64,000 nucleotides of DNA. Origin: Lytechinus pictus (taxonomy: Eukaryota). The notes under the pieces were generated by a model. That model worked only from the letters and a program-made list of their open reading frames with translations, had not been told where the DNA came from and searched no databases. The first letter of the stretch is position 1; each line of letters opens with the position of its first letter. Positions 1-12,302 of this stretch are shown piece by piece. The stretch is from the NCBI RefSeq assembly GCF_037042905.1, contig NC_087259.1, forward strand, positions 30,752,001 to 30,816,000, written 5' to 3'. The position numbers and the translations under genes are program-made.

Positions 1-985
1 TTTATATAGATCACTTGCGATTGAAGAGGTTGTTTTGAAAATGAAATTGACATTGTAGAATATTTTGATGCATTGAGTTCCATATCATTTTGAGAAGTCC
101 ATGATTTGAGTAATTCAATTTCAGTTTGTATTTGTGAAGTTTGATTATTCATTCTACACTCTACCATGGTTAAGTCATCTACATATTTAAAGTATGACAA
201 ACTACTATCACTACAGGCACCATTTACCATTATCAAAAATAAAATGGGACCAAGTTTGGTACCCTGAGGTAGACCCGTAACACTGCATTTTGATTTTGAT
301 AACTGGCCCCTATACTTCACAGTTTGTTGGGGATTACTTAAGAAATCTACTACCAAAGATATAACACAAGGTCGAACATGCATTTCACATAATTTAGTAA
401 TAAGAATATTGTGATTTATCCGATCGAAAGTTTTCGAAAATTCTGTCAGTATGAGTGTTGATATAGACTTAGGTTTATCAGCATTCCTTCATAATTCATG
501 TAACAACCCAATCAATTAGTGACATGTAGAGATTCCTTTATTGTTTCCGTACTGATTTGATCAATTTTGTTCGAAATATATTCCCAAAGCCATTTTGCAA
601 TAAATGTTTCCGCAATCTTCGCAAAAAATGATGTTAATGCAATTGGTGTTAACTCATCGATGTTTGATGGGGAAGACTTAGGAACAGGAATGATCTCAGC
701 ATACTTCCACATTTGAGGAAAAACACCTAGATGGAAAGATGAGTTTAAGATATCAGCTAACGGAGTACTCAATTCAACTGCAAACTCTCGAATAATGCGG
801 ATCGGTAAATCATTGGAGATACTTGATTTTTGTGATTTTAGTTTACACAGTATATATTTCATACGGCTGAACAATAGGGCACATAGAGGGCGCTGGTAAG
901 AAACACAGTAATTGTTGTTTATTCAAACTAGGTAAGTTTGAAGCTATTTGTAGAAAATGGTCATTTACAATGTATACGATTGGCA
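1..985 (-). mobile_element. Degraded non-LTR retrotransposon (CR1/L2-group LINE) reverse transcriptase fragment, continues beyond the left window edge
   Basis: ORF 512-874 gives RT N-terminal motifs (FAVELSTPLADILNSS, FPQMWKYAEIIPVPK, PIALTS). After frameshifts and stops the minus strand reads FSKTFDRINH, PQGTKLGP (~246-269) and catalytic YVDD (174-185). Confidence 0.88.
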
Positions 986-2414
986 GTTTCTTTATAATTA
1001 TTTGGAACATCCGTTAACAGACCCGGAATGCTCCCTTGAAAAAATTAAATTTGTACATAATTTATGTACAATATAAATTTCGATTTTCAGAGGGTAAAAC
1101 CCATGTTAAATGAATGGGGAGACTATAGATTAATGGCAATGCGCATTTAGCCAGTCAGTCCTACGTGTCTGCATTTACTATAAGTGCATGCAATGCGTTG
1201 AATCTTAATTTTTAGTGACGTCACCTTTTCCTGACTTGTGCAACTTTACATTAGGACGGTACATTTTGGATGGTATTTGTGCAACGGTACGAATGTTTGA
1301 CATTCAGTCTCCCAATTGCTCGTGTACCACAAGCTAAGTAGGTTGTATAGTGAACTTTCTATCATACAATATTACTGGACTATATGAACTCCAAATTTGG
1401 CCTCGGTGAAATAAACCTGCACTCGGGATAATTTTATATTTGTCGTACATTATAATCCAGTATAGATTGTACACTATTTATAAAATATTATATTATATTG
1501 TATAAGGAATTTCTCTTTAAATAATAGCTTGCTACATCTTACTTCTATCTACTGTAGTTGGCTTTAAAGATGATGGACACTATGCCATTTCAATGTTTTG
1601 CACATATCTGCCTGTCTCAGTAGATTATAAATCATGTCTCTCCTGGCAAATACATGTATTTCAACAGTTCATTTCTAAAGGGGCAAATTTCCTGTTATCA
1701 ACTTTAAAAACAAGAAATACAGGGCCTACAGGATTCTGAAAGTTACCAAACTGTTCTCATTTTAGCTTTAAATCAGTAATCAAGCAAGTCATCATGCATC
1801 ATTCTTTTCCTATGCTGTTTATCTTGTTATGTGAAGAACTTGTTTCAGTTTGTAAGAGTGGTATAAAAAATGAACATATTTTGTATAATGGACAAAAGCC
1901 ATCTGACCGAGAGATATGCATTGAATATCTGGCCATCCTTATGACCAGCGTCAATGACAAACACCACTGCTGGACTATAAGTGTGATACCTATGATTACG
2001 ACCATCGTTACAGAGTCAAAGCCTTGCTGAAGGTGTTATCGTTTGCCATGATCGACGCAGCACGAATATGTAGAGGAAGCATTCAACGCCCTCACATATC
2101 AACATCGCAAGAAAAAAGACACTCTATAGATGTGGCTGGTGAGTCAGATAAAAGAAACCTAGCAACCTGTCATGTCAATGTCAATATTTCCTCACTGGAT
2201 GGTGGATAAGGCAACCAATTTGGGATCCGGTTAAATGTTGGAACAACTGATAGATTGTAAAGATTAACACCTGCCTTTAGCAGCCATTGTAGTGAGGATA
2301 ACCATATCAAGGAGTTGTAAAATGAGATATATTCCTGACTTCTCATGAATTTGGTATTTACTGAACACCATTTCTTTCTTCAACTTAATAAATATAGCAA
2401 GAGGGAAATATTAT

Positions 2415-2662
2415 AGGGTCGTGGGTTCGAATACCAGCTATGGCGTAATTTCCTTCAGCAAGAAATTTATCCACATTGTGCTGCACTTAACCCAGGTGAG
2501 GTGAATGGGTACCAGGTAGGATTAATTCCTTGAATGCACTGAGCGCTGAAAGGCAGTTCGAGCTAAAGCTGGGGTAATAATAATAACAATGCGCCACGGA
2601 ATAGATTATTTCTACATGTAGATAGATGGCGCCATATATATGCCTATTATTATCATTATTAT
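2415..2662 (+). mobile_element. 5'-truncated tRNA-derived SINE with L2-like tail
   Basis: Pol III B box GGTTCGAATAC (2424-2434), SINE core-like TCCTTCAGCAAGAAATTTATCC...ACCCAGGTG...AATGGGTACC, ends in GGCGCCATATATATGCC plus (TAT)n. Confidence 0.7.
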
Positions 2663-4470
2663 AGCCATGATGAAATCTAACCCAGGATTATCAATAGAAA
2701 TGAACCATATAAATTAAACGTGGAATTTTGTATACAGGCTTACAGACCAAGATTTGAGTTTTAGCTAAAGCAACATCCATTTCATTTAAATAATGGAAAG
2801 AAGGTCAGTTACGTCTAATGTAAAACTTTACTTTACAGAAACCCTTAATAAAAGATGGCAACTGTTTTGTATTATCTTTTTTAAAAGGTTCCAGTAAAGT
2901 AGAGATTTAACAATCGTCTTTATCCTTCATTGGAAAATCATCATCCGCCAAATACATGTAGGCATACTTTGTCTCCATTATTCTTTCATGCAAAGTATAA
3001 CTATTTTATGTGATCACCAACATCGTGTGTTCATACCTGCAGCCACCTAATGAAATCTTCATCACCTGTAGGCCGCATTCTCCAAGCAACCGTGTTCAAT
3101 TTTCACAAATTCATCTCAGAAAAAAAATTTATCTGCTACTCATGGCAACACCTAAATCAAAACAATGATGTCAACACAGCAGTAAGCAGGTGAAACAAAC
3201 ATAGATTAGCCTTGCTTAGAGGAAAGGCCAGGCAATGGAATCATCTAAAGGATTCTATGAAACAAGCTCTACTTCCAAAAATAATATCAAAACCTATTAA
3301 AGGTCAGGGTAAAATGCACTAAGATTCTAAGATTTTTTTTCAGTTGGGCTGACTTGTTTAAGAGCTGTTCTAATGGGAAAAATTTTGTGACATACTGGTG
3401 TATTTTCACAAAGTTTCTTCTCATCAGTTACACATCTAGGCCCTACATGTACATTGTATTATTCAGATGAGTCATTAACCAAGTGGACACAAACATAAGC
3501 CTGACCCTCTTTCCTAATACAACCAAGATGATTAAAAAGTTAGCTGATTCAAAGAAACCTGCCATGCTTCATTACCATAATATAATTCTACATCTATCAA
3601 AGTAGACTGTGATTAATGAAGTGAGTACCTTTAATTGTGAACGCCTATTACTGTGAAACAAACATATTAGCAAGAAAGCATCAAGGATGACCATGTACAT
3701 GTAACTGGTAAGCTGCATTGAGCGCTTCATTGAACGGAGAAAAGTAAGCGTGACAATAAATGAGCACAGGTTGTAACACGAGCTAATCATCTACAAGGAT
3801 GACTTATTACGCCTAGAGTCTTGAAAGATACATGTATGTTAGCATGTGCTCATGCACTGACTTGAAGGTTATCATATTAGAGTGTGAGTCTTTTATAATA
3901 TACCCTGACTGAAAGGTTTTTAATCAATCCTTGACATCATTTACAGTTACATGTACATGTACCATGAAATCTCAATTGCTCTTCAATAAAATAGACTTAA
4001 AGTGTACATCTGTTTCCTTTAAATCGAGGAACATTTCATAAATGAATTTGTCAAATGTTTCATCTGATAAAGACCAATTCATCTGACAATTACCATAGTA
4101 ACAGTCCGAAAAACTGTCCTTCTCAGCTTATCAAAAAGAAAGTTGTCAGTATCAGAAAACAAATGTTGATGAAAATTAAACACTCTTCATGTATAAATGT
4201 ACACATATCATCTCTGCATGATTTTTGGATCTTGCATTCTACCTGGTATACCATTAAAAATTTGTAAATCATTACTCTGCAAGAAGATACATTGAATGGA
4301 AGGTTTAAGGTCTGGAATTGTGAGACTATTGTACAATTTGACATTGGAACTTGCTAACGCTTCACCAAAACAACAGATCAATACATAGTCAATACCACAC
4401 ATTCCCCCACATGATTGATACATGCTCCTGCTTCACTAACTCTAAACCTGCCTCTGTCATAATCCCCTAA

Positions 4471-4868
4471 GGCAGTGCTGCACCAGCCCGAGTTTGCTCA
4501 ATCTCGAGATTTTAGCCCGATAAGCCCTCTTCGCGATTAAACTTAAGATTCAAGAAACCCCATCTCCACCAGTGCAAGAAGAGCAATTCTTGCTCGAGCT
4601 ACGCATGGATGCATTATGGTCCGATGCCATGAATAAATAATCCCGAGTGCGTCTGCACCTGCGATTTAGCGGGATAATTCGAAAATAGCGCGCTAATTTG
4701 CAAATGATCCCAAGTTGACTTAGGATTGCAATTTCGAGATTAATCCAGCGAACTACCCCGATGTTTGTATCTCCATTACAAATAATCTCAAGATTGTTCA
4801 GATTGGGAAAATTTGCCAGATCAGAAATAGCGCGATTATTTGAAAACTCAGGCTGGTGGAGACGGCCC
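4471..4868. mobile_element. MITE with ~25-bp imperfect TIRs (PIF/Harbinger-like)
   Basis: Left GGCAGTGCTGCACCAGCCCGAGTTT versus reverse complement of the right end GGGCCGTCTCCACCAGCCTGAGTTT. Flanked by TAA/TAT. CpG-rich relative to its surroundings. Confidence 0.65.
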
Positions 4869-5956
4869 TATAGGCATAGCCATAGAGCTTCCATTTATCC
4901 AGCACAAGTAGAGCTAATCACATGAATGGTAATCGTAAAATTACATATTTTTTTAATGGTGAATTAAAAATACTTGGCCATTTAAAAAACATACCCCCAC
5001 AACTATAGTTCTAAACAAACTTTTCTAAACTTTAAAAAAAAAAATTGTGTACATGTAACACATGCAAAATCTAAGTTTTTAACATTGTTTTGTAATACAT
5101 CCCTTGAAAGACCTTTAAGATCATCATCCTAGAATTCAACATTAAATCACAGCCCTGTTGAGTATGCTTGGTTCTTTAGTTATACTGTACCATGATTCAA
5201 TGTTATTCTCAATCAATTCATTTGAACAAATTTACTTTTTGGTGTCAGCGGTGGGATACTATCTCATATTATTCAATGAATGTACATGTACATGTATAAC
5301 AACACCATTCATTGCCATCGCATTCTACCATGCTTTCATATGTTTACAATCTTTCATATCTTTGTATATATAGATACAGTATATATATACATAATTCAAT
5401 TTACTGGAAATCTATGGAAAATGTATTGATGTATTACTGATTTATACGATATACTGCTACAAATATTTTTTATGATATCATTGTCTATATCGTAAAACAA
5501 AATGTTCATGTCAAGTGAATGAAGTTTGTTCATAAATTCTAATTCAATTAAAACATCATGGGATCAATCTGATGCATTCACACAATATAAATCAAACATA
5601 ACATATTGAAGGAAACCTGTCAAAAAATTAATAATCAATGAAATACATGTACATTCAATCTGCATAGTCTGCTGTGCAAACCCTTACTCGAGTAAAGCCT
5701 AAGGGTCTGAATTGCAGCCTACTCGTGCCTTGCGTACTGAAGGCCCTCTCGCTCAGGAATTGAAACAGCAATTTTTGTATGTGCTAGTCTTTGCATGGAG
5801 ACACACTTGTTGATCAAAGTTTCAATTAGGGTCTGTGCCTGCAGATTATAATCTGCATGCATTTGGGTGGTGCCAGACTAGGGGGAAAGCGTGGAATGTA
5901 TGAGTATAGAGAAACAAGCATAAGACTGATAAAATAATATTTGAATGAAATCTATT

Positions 5957-7274
5957 AACAAGTGGAATGCCTCTGGCTGTCTCACCTGCATCACGCGATT
6001 CAATATAGCAGCAGTGCTGACTTTGAAAGCTACTATAAAATAATTATTCACAAAAAACACCATTCATATAATGATACAATACTACGTTCATTGACATTTG
6101 ACCTTGATCATGTGACCTAAAACTTGTCAGTGATACTTGATTACCCTTTTATCCACATTTTATGCATTATCTATAAACTTTGAAAGTTATGACAGTAATC
6201 TAATAATTACCTCTAAAATGGCCAAAGTTCAATGACCTTAAATGACCTTTGACTTTGGTCATGTGACCTGAAACTCGCAGGAGATGTTCAGTGATACTTG
6301 ATGACTCTTATGTCCAAGTTTTATGAACTAGACCAATATCAGAGTTATGATGGTAATTCAACAAATACCCCAAACATGGCCAAAGTCCACTGACCTTTGA
6401 CCTAGGTCATGTGACCTGAAACTCGCACAAGATGTTCAGTGATACTTGGTTACTCTTATGTCCACGTTTTATGAACTAGACCAATACACTTACAGAGATA
6501 TGATGGTAATTCAACAAATACCCCCAACATAGCCAAAGTTCATTGACCTTAAATGACCTTTGACCTTGGTTATGTGACCTGAAACTCGGACGGGATGTTC
6601 AAAGATACTTGATTACTTTTATGGCCAAGTTTCATGAATCAGATCCATAAACAATCAAAGTTATAATGGTAATTCAACAGATACCCCATTATGGCCAAAG
6701 TTCATTGACCTTTGACGTTGGTCATGTGACCTAAAATTCACACAGGATGTTCAGTGATACTCAATTACTCTTATGTCCAAGTTTTATGAACTAGACCAAT
6801 AAACTTTCAAAGTTATGATGGTAATTCGACAAATACCCCCAATTTGGCCAAAGTTCATTGACCCTAAATGACCTTTGACATTGGTCATGTGAAGTGAAAC
6901 TCAAGCAGGATGTTCAGTAATACTTGATTAACCTTATATTTAAGTTTCATGAACTAGGTCCATATATTTTCTAAGTTATGATGACATTTCAAAAATTTAA
7001 CCTTAGGTTAAGATTTTGATGTTGATTCCACCAACATGGTCTAAGTTCATTGACCCTAAATGACCTTTGATCTTGGTCATGTGACCTGAAACTCAGGCAG
7101 AGAGTTCAGTAATACTAGATCAACCTTATGGCCAAGTTTCATGAACTAGGTCCTTACAAATGTATATGCTGTCATTTCAAAAACTTAACCTTAGGTTAAG
7201 ATTTGGTGTTGATGCCGCCGTTGTCGGAAAAGCGGCGCCTATAGTCTCACTCTGCTATGCAGGTGAGACAAAAA
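5957..7274 (-). mobile_element. Non-autonomous Helentron-associated (HINE/DINE-1/pearl-like) element with internal tandem array
   Basis: Perfect 14-bp subterminal inverted repeats TGTCTCACCTGCAT (5978-5991) and ATGCAGGTGAGACA (7257-7270). An extra short IR (GTCTCAC) and a GCC-rich tract sit next to one end. Minus-strand ends are T-run ... CTTGTT, with no TSD. Confidence 0.75.
6085..7200. repeat. Tandem array of ~7 units of ~150-190 bp (TGACCTTTGACCTTGGTCATGTGACCTGAAACTC core)
   Basis: GTGACC/GTGAAG anchor recurs at ~6112, 6263, 6411, 6574, 6726, 6889 and 7081. Confidence 0.92.
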
Positions 7275-7917
7275 TCAATACTCAACTGTACAGTGATCAT
7301 AATGATTGCCAAAGGATAATTGTGCTATATCATTGAAAATTGTAAATCCACAAACTTTCTCTAAGAAGTGTCATGAATCAATAACTGCTCAGAAGGAGAG
7401 TGTTTAATCAACATTCCATTCTTTGTCACCTTATAAAATGTCACATCTGACAACCTTCCATGCATGATTGACTGAGAGCCAGGTGTCTGACAGTTACTAA
7501 GGAATATGTAAAAAAGACAGACTGTTAGATAAAACATCCAACAGTCCTTTCATAAAGCGCTCCCAAGACATTAAAAATTTCAAACATGAAAATGAAATAG
7601 ACAATTTTGAAAGAACAAAAATCACACAACGCATCATGAATTCTCAAAAAGAAATTTTCAGAGAAGATCTACGGAACTCAAGAAAGAATGTCTGCTAAAA
7701 AATGGGATTTAACAACAAAGAGGCTGACCAATATTCTGGAATTGTGCAGCTTAAAATGCAAAATAGCTCAAGAAACAGAAACAACAAATTGATGTAGAGT
7801 CCATTATTGTGAAAATTGATGTTTGAATCTGTCAAATATGGATCGTTATAGTACATGTACATTGCTGAAAAAAATAATTTATAGCCAATATGGGTTTATG
7901 TTTATTATGCAACTTAA

Positions 7918-8488
7918 AGGACAAGTTCACCCCAACAAAAAGTTTATTTGAATAAAAAGGGAAAAATCCAACAAGCATAACGCTGTAAAATAAAAAAGTT
8001 ATGACATTTTCATGACAAATTTCGCTTAATTTCACACAACAGTTATATGCCTATCCTGGTCGGTATGCAAATGAGGAGACGTATGATGTCATCCACTCAC
8101 TATTTCTCACATATTTTATCGAAATATGAAATATTTTAAGATTCTCAATATCGAGTGAAACAACAATTAATTCCTCCCTGAACATGAGAAATTAGCATTG
8201 TTTAATACTGTATGGTTCAGTCTTGTCAAATCTATAAAAATGAAAAAAATTTATATAATTTTAAACAATAAAAAACAAAAGAAATAATGAGTGAGGGACA
8301 TCACCGACTGTCTCATTTGCATTTTTTTGAGTAGTGGATATATCACTGTTTTGTGAAAAATAAGCGAAACCTTAAAATGTCATAACTTTCTTATTTCACC
8401 TACGATTTTGATGAAATTTTCAGCGTAATGCCAGCTTGATTTTTCTCTATTTATTCAAATCAACATTTTTCTGTGGTGGACTTGACCT
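7918..8488 (+). mobile_element. TTAA-flanked MITE family A copy 1 (Kolobok-like)
   Basis: TTAA|AGGACAAGTTCACCCC ... GGTGGACTTGACCT|TTAA with long imperfect TIRs. Homologous to copies at 28.7, 46.0, 58.4 and 62.3 kb. Purine-starting termini with a TTAA TSD fit Kolobok rather than piggyBac. Confidence 0.85.
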
Positions 8489-9412
8489 TTAAATTACCAA
8501 TCTTCATCATACAGAGATGAATGTGAGTATACAAAGGTCTGTATGATGACAGTCAGATGTTTTTGTAAAGTACAGCAATACATTCAAATTGTCATGGCAA
8601 CAGGAAGAGTAGACATGATTTTTCTACATATTGCACAATTATTATTTTGTAGTTATTTTGTGTGTAAATCTGAATCTAATGACAGTCACAAATAAAAAGT
8701 AACCTTTTTGAATGCTGATCATAAAATCAGTATCCATACAAATACTATTAAATTTTTTTTTCACTTTCAATATTTCAAAAATCATACAATTATCTTCAAA
8801 GTTTCCATTTTATTTTTGCTTTGAAAGCCAAACTCCATAATCAATTTTTTATTTATCAACTCTTTTTGTAGTAGTGTTTTGCAGTATGTAATTTCAATCC
8901 TAAGATTAGTCATCATTTTTCATGGACAATGTACAATAGACCTTTGTACTGTTATCTTGGAATCGTTTCTTCTTTCTAAAATGAAATTACACTTTCCTTC
9001 TTCCCTCTCCCTTCTCCTCTCCCTCTCTCTTTCTCTCTCTCTCTCTCTATCTGTAATGTTAATCTTCATCACAATACAGTGCAAACTTTGCTTTTATTTC
9101 GTTATATTTCCTCATATTAATCGTCATAATGAAGCTTATGAAAATATAACATTATTTGAAGCATAATGATTTTGATGCTTCTTTTTTCACAAAGGCACAT
9201 ATATTGAATTTGATCATTTTAATGGTGGATTTGTGAAACTATATAGAGAAGTAAATAGGGGCTGTGAAATCCCTGTTAGATTATATTTCGCAGAAAGTAA
9301 TTTGGAGCATTACACAGCATGGGGAGTATTTCATCAATATTTGTCTGATCTGATAACTTTCCTTCATTTTGATTGGCTGATTCAATTTGAAAATTTGAAA
9401 TATGGTAATTTG

Positions 9413-9436
9413 ATATATATATATATTTTTATGTAT

Positions 9437-9468
<32 letters not shown>

Positions 9469-9482
9469 GTGTGTGTGTGTAT
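9413..9482. repeat. (AT)n/(GT)n microsatellite
   Basis: Direct reading. Confidence 0.9.
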
Positions 9483-9803
9483 AATATATTTTTTGTATTC
9501 TGTAGATGTAGGCCTACCATGTGTCTCTTCTCCCTTGATAGAGTGATAAAAACATTTGGATTCATTCTCATGTTAATAAAATATGCAAAATACATACAAA
9601 GCATAACATTGTCAAATAATAGGTAACAATCAAATTTATGCTGAACTTCAAGTTTGCCTTTCTAATGGAAATACTTACAATTTGTCAACCCAATAAATTA
9701 GCATTAATTGTTGCCACCCCTGTTTTTGTCAAATTCCTACTTTTACTCCATACTACTCTTCAAACTTATGCCTGCATCAACCTGATCACATCATTTGATT
9801 ATG

Positions 9804-10051
9804 CATGGCCCTGGTAAGTGGGGGTACCGCGTTTTTTTCCTGAGGGGTGTGTATCCAAGGGCAGCACCCCCTGGAATTCTGGAAGGTGTGTAAAATGGAG
9901 GAATGTAGTGAACCCCCCCCCCCCTTGGGGGGTTGCTTTTCAAATTTTTCAGGACTAAAATGACCTAATCTTAGTAGTGAAAAACTTTTTTTTTGGCTTT
10001 TCAAATTTGCATCAGCACCCCCAGAAAAAAAATCGTAACCACTGGGCGCTG
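9804..10051. mobile_element. Degenerate GC-rich MITE (CA..TG termini)
   Basis: CATGGCCC ... GGGCGCTG ends, flanked by GATTATG/GATTTATG, with internal poly-G/C runs. Confidence 0.4.
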
Positions 10052-10175
10052 GATTTATGGCAGCAAGCAATGCATCCTGGGGCCATTTCATAAAGTCACT
10101 TTAAGAATGACTGGTGATCCTTTCTTGCGATAAAAGATATGTTCACTGGTGATAACTTAACGCATGAGGTTCGAC

Positions 10176-10707
10176 CCCGGGGGGGGCACTCAGTATATAA
10201 TGCATAGTGGGTATGTGCCGCGGAGGGGACCCCCATTTTTACACTCAAATTTCCGTTCCAAGGCATAGCGTATTTGTCTTATTGAGAAAAAGAACAAAGA
10301 AAGCCGCTCCAAGGCATAGCATTTCCTTCTTATCGAGAAAAAAGAAGAAAGAAATCAGCTCCAAAGCTTCGTATATTTTTCGTTACGCCGTTCCGGTCGC
10401 ATTGATCTGCTACAATTTTGGTGAAAAGCGGCCGTAGAGCGCTTTTCGACCATCGCCTAAGCGCGAGCGCGCCCGGCGGAGGCCGCGCTAGCTGCGTCAT
10501 GCACGATTGCCCGTTCCATAGGGATGCATACGCACTCACAGAGATACGGAGATCCGTTCCGAGGACCCCCGTTTTCACAAACATTTGTAGTTCCGAAGCC
10601 CGTTCCGAGGACCCTCCTTTTTACAATAAGCCCGCTCCAAGGCCCCCGTTTTTTGCCTCGCCCGCGGCACACCCCTACCACTTTTTTGGTCGAGTGCCCC
10701 CCCCGGG
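10176..10707. mobile_element. Young non-autonomous DNA transposon, 16-bp perfect TIR, 8-bp TSD, nested in an older MITE (~10077-10768)
   Basis: TIR CCCGGGGGGGGCACTC / GAGTGCCCCCCCCGGG. TSD GGTTCGAC at 10168-10175 and 10708-10715. Confidence 0.92.
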
Positions 10708-10782
10708 GGTTCGACCAGTTAAAGTGGCTATTTAACTTATGGACAGATGAAACACAAACACCAACCTGGGATACATGTTATA

Positions 10783-10987
10783 CCGAGGTTGTTTTACCCG
10801 ACTGCTAAGAAAGCACGAATGCCTGTGAGCAAGCAACCAGTGGACCAACGGCTTAAGGTCCTCTCCGAGGGACCTGGTAATGAGGATAAATGCCTTACCA
10901 AAGGGCACTAGCGCACCACTTGGGAATCGAACCCGGGTCACCGAAATCCGAAACCCCCGCTCTACCGACTGAGCTATCGCGCCTCCC
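10783..10987 (-). mobile_element. tRNA-derived SINE (3'-truncated)
   Basis: Minus strand GGGAGGCGCGATAGCTCAGTCGGTAGAGC (A box 10965-10976) and GGTTCGATTCC (B box 10923-10933), followed by a non-tRNA SINE body GTGCCCTTTGGTAAGGCATTTATCC...CTCGGAGAGGACCTTAAGCCGTTGGTCC. Confidence 0.85.
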
Positions 10988-11077
10988 CTACATCATACAT
11001 GTATTTGATGTTTATGGAGCAAATACACTTTATATATTTCGAAATTGGGTTGGAATAGGAAAAGGGTGAGTACATGT

Positions 11078-11246
11078 CTGGGGGCCGCGGAACGGTTTTC
11101 AAAGTGGGGGGGGGGCTGAGCCATAAGTGGGGGGGCTGACCATGCAAAAATCACAATCATATGGTCTTTTTACGTTTTATTTGTACACGGTTTCGGAAAA
11201 AAGTGGGGGGCTGAAGCCCCCCAGCCCCCCGCTTCCGCGGCCCCTG
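11078..11246 (+). mobile_element. MITE family B (CAGGGGCCGCGGAA TIR) copy 1
   Basis: TIR remnants at both ends and a 5-bp flanking repeat CATGT. Near-identical to the 13091-13258 copy. Confidence 0.8.
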
Positions 11247-11575
11247 CATGTACGTGGTGGGTAGGTATGATGCAGATCACTCACTGATTTGCACCCGAGT
11301 CACTGTACATGATAGTACATGTACAGTAAAAAGTAAGAAAAAAAAAATCATGAACATATATATCCTGACCATATGTACCATTCACAATTTTAAATTTAAA
11401 CACACTCAAATACATCATATTCATATTAATTCGTCTACAAGAAAGTTTACTCATAGTTACATCCTTCATAATTAACCCACCCTGACCCTCGCCTCGGATC
11501 GCTTAATTCCATTTAAAAACAAATAATGAATCATAAATTGCATTATCAATTAACTTAAAAATCGTATTACCTTAC

Positions 11576-11890
11576 CAATCATGCCAATGCTTCTCAAAGC
11601 AAAGCTAAGTCTAGTCGGAGCTAAAACAATTCGACAATGCGTTACTAAAAGCTGAATTCCTGAGCATATAGTCACAGTCATAAGCACCAATGTCAAGTCA
11701 TGTCAAATGTCCACTTGTACTATGTTAAGCGTATATGTAGAATTGAACTAGATCTGTGGTTTGCAAACACAGGTGTATATCGTAATACTCGCATATCACA
11801 TCGGGCGGGCATTGTTGTGCGAGTATAATCGGGTAGTCATCCGTACAAATGTATGGGAAATGACGTAAGGTTGCCAAGACGTGCAGAAAC
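11576..11890 (-). promoter_or_regulatory. Candidate promoter and first exon of a second minus-strand gene
   Basis: CpG-containing segment at the edge of a CpG-depleted domain. CRE-like TGACGTAA (11861-11868), X-box half-site GTTGCCAAG (11870-11878), and donor ATGATTG|GTAAG at 11576/11575. No downstream coding exon was identified in the window. Confidence 0.3.
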
Positions 11891-12133
11891 AATAATTGAC
11901 TGATGATACATTGTCGAATGAGGGCGACACTAAAGAAAGAAATCCAGTGCTTATTGAGTAAATAGAAAAGAATACAAGAATGCAAGATGACGGTAGGGCG
12001 GTGTCACCACGGGGGGATGCCCGGGGGAGGGTCCCTGTAATTTTTCGACCAGTGAAAAAAAATTAGTAGAAGAAAAAGAAGGTGAGGAAAAAGGAAGAAT
12101 GGAAGAGTATGAAAATGAGAGGTGGGTCCGGTA

Positions 12134-12166
12134 CATAGAGATGTATACTAATTATATATCTCTATG
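12134..12166. mobile_element. 33-bp palindromic P-like TIR remnant (putative excision footprint)
   Basis: CATAGAGATGTATA-CTAAT-TATATATCTCTATG between a perfect 8-bp TSD GTCCGGTA (12126-12133, 12167-12174). Confidence 0.8.
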
Positions 12167-12302
12167 GTCCGGTATGAGTTACCCTAATTCCATTGTGAAC
12201 AATTATGACGTCACTTTCAAATCGTCTTCAAGTTGGCGACCCCCTAGCTATCAATATGTCATAAAGAGGCAATGCACTCGGAGGCGAGAACACACTCCCC
12301 AA

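Noticed and set aside
1799-2209. Short ORFs as exons of the putative second gene
   Set aside because: The 1799-2005 minus frame is closed by a nearby upstream stop, and no clear splice sites or protein similarity were found.
6085-7200. CRISPR-like periodic repeats
   Set aside because: Whole units are homologous with no unique spacers, there are no cas genes, and the context is eukaryotic.
10207-10941. Several overlapping 69-105-aa ORFs
   Set aside because: They fall inside a GC-rich non-autonomous transposon and a SINE. There are no recognisable domains, and ORF length reflects GC content.
10915-10987. tRNA gene-like sequence (also 18166-18240 and 26965-27035)
   Set aside because: A and B boxes are present, but acceptor and anticodon stems do not pair well and each runs into a SINE body. 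These are SINE heads, not tRNA genes.
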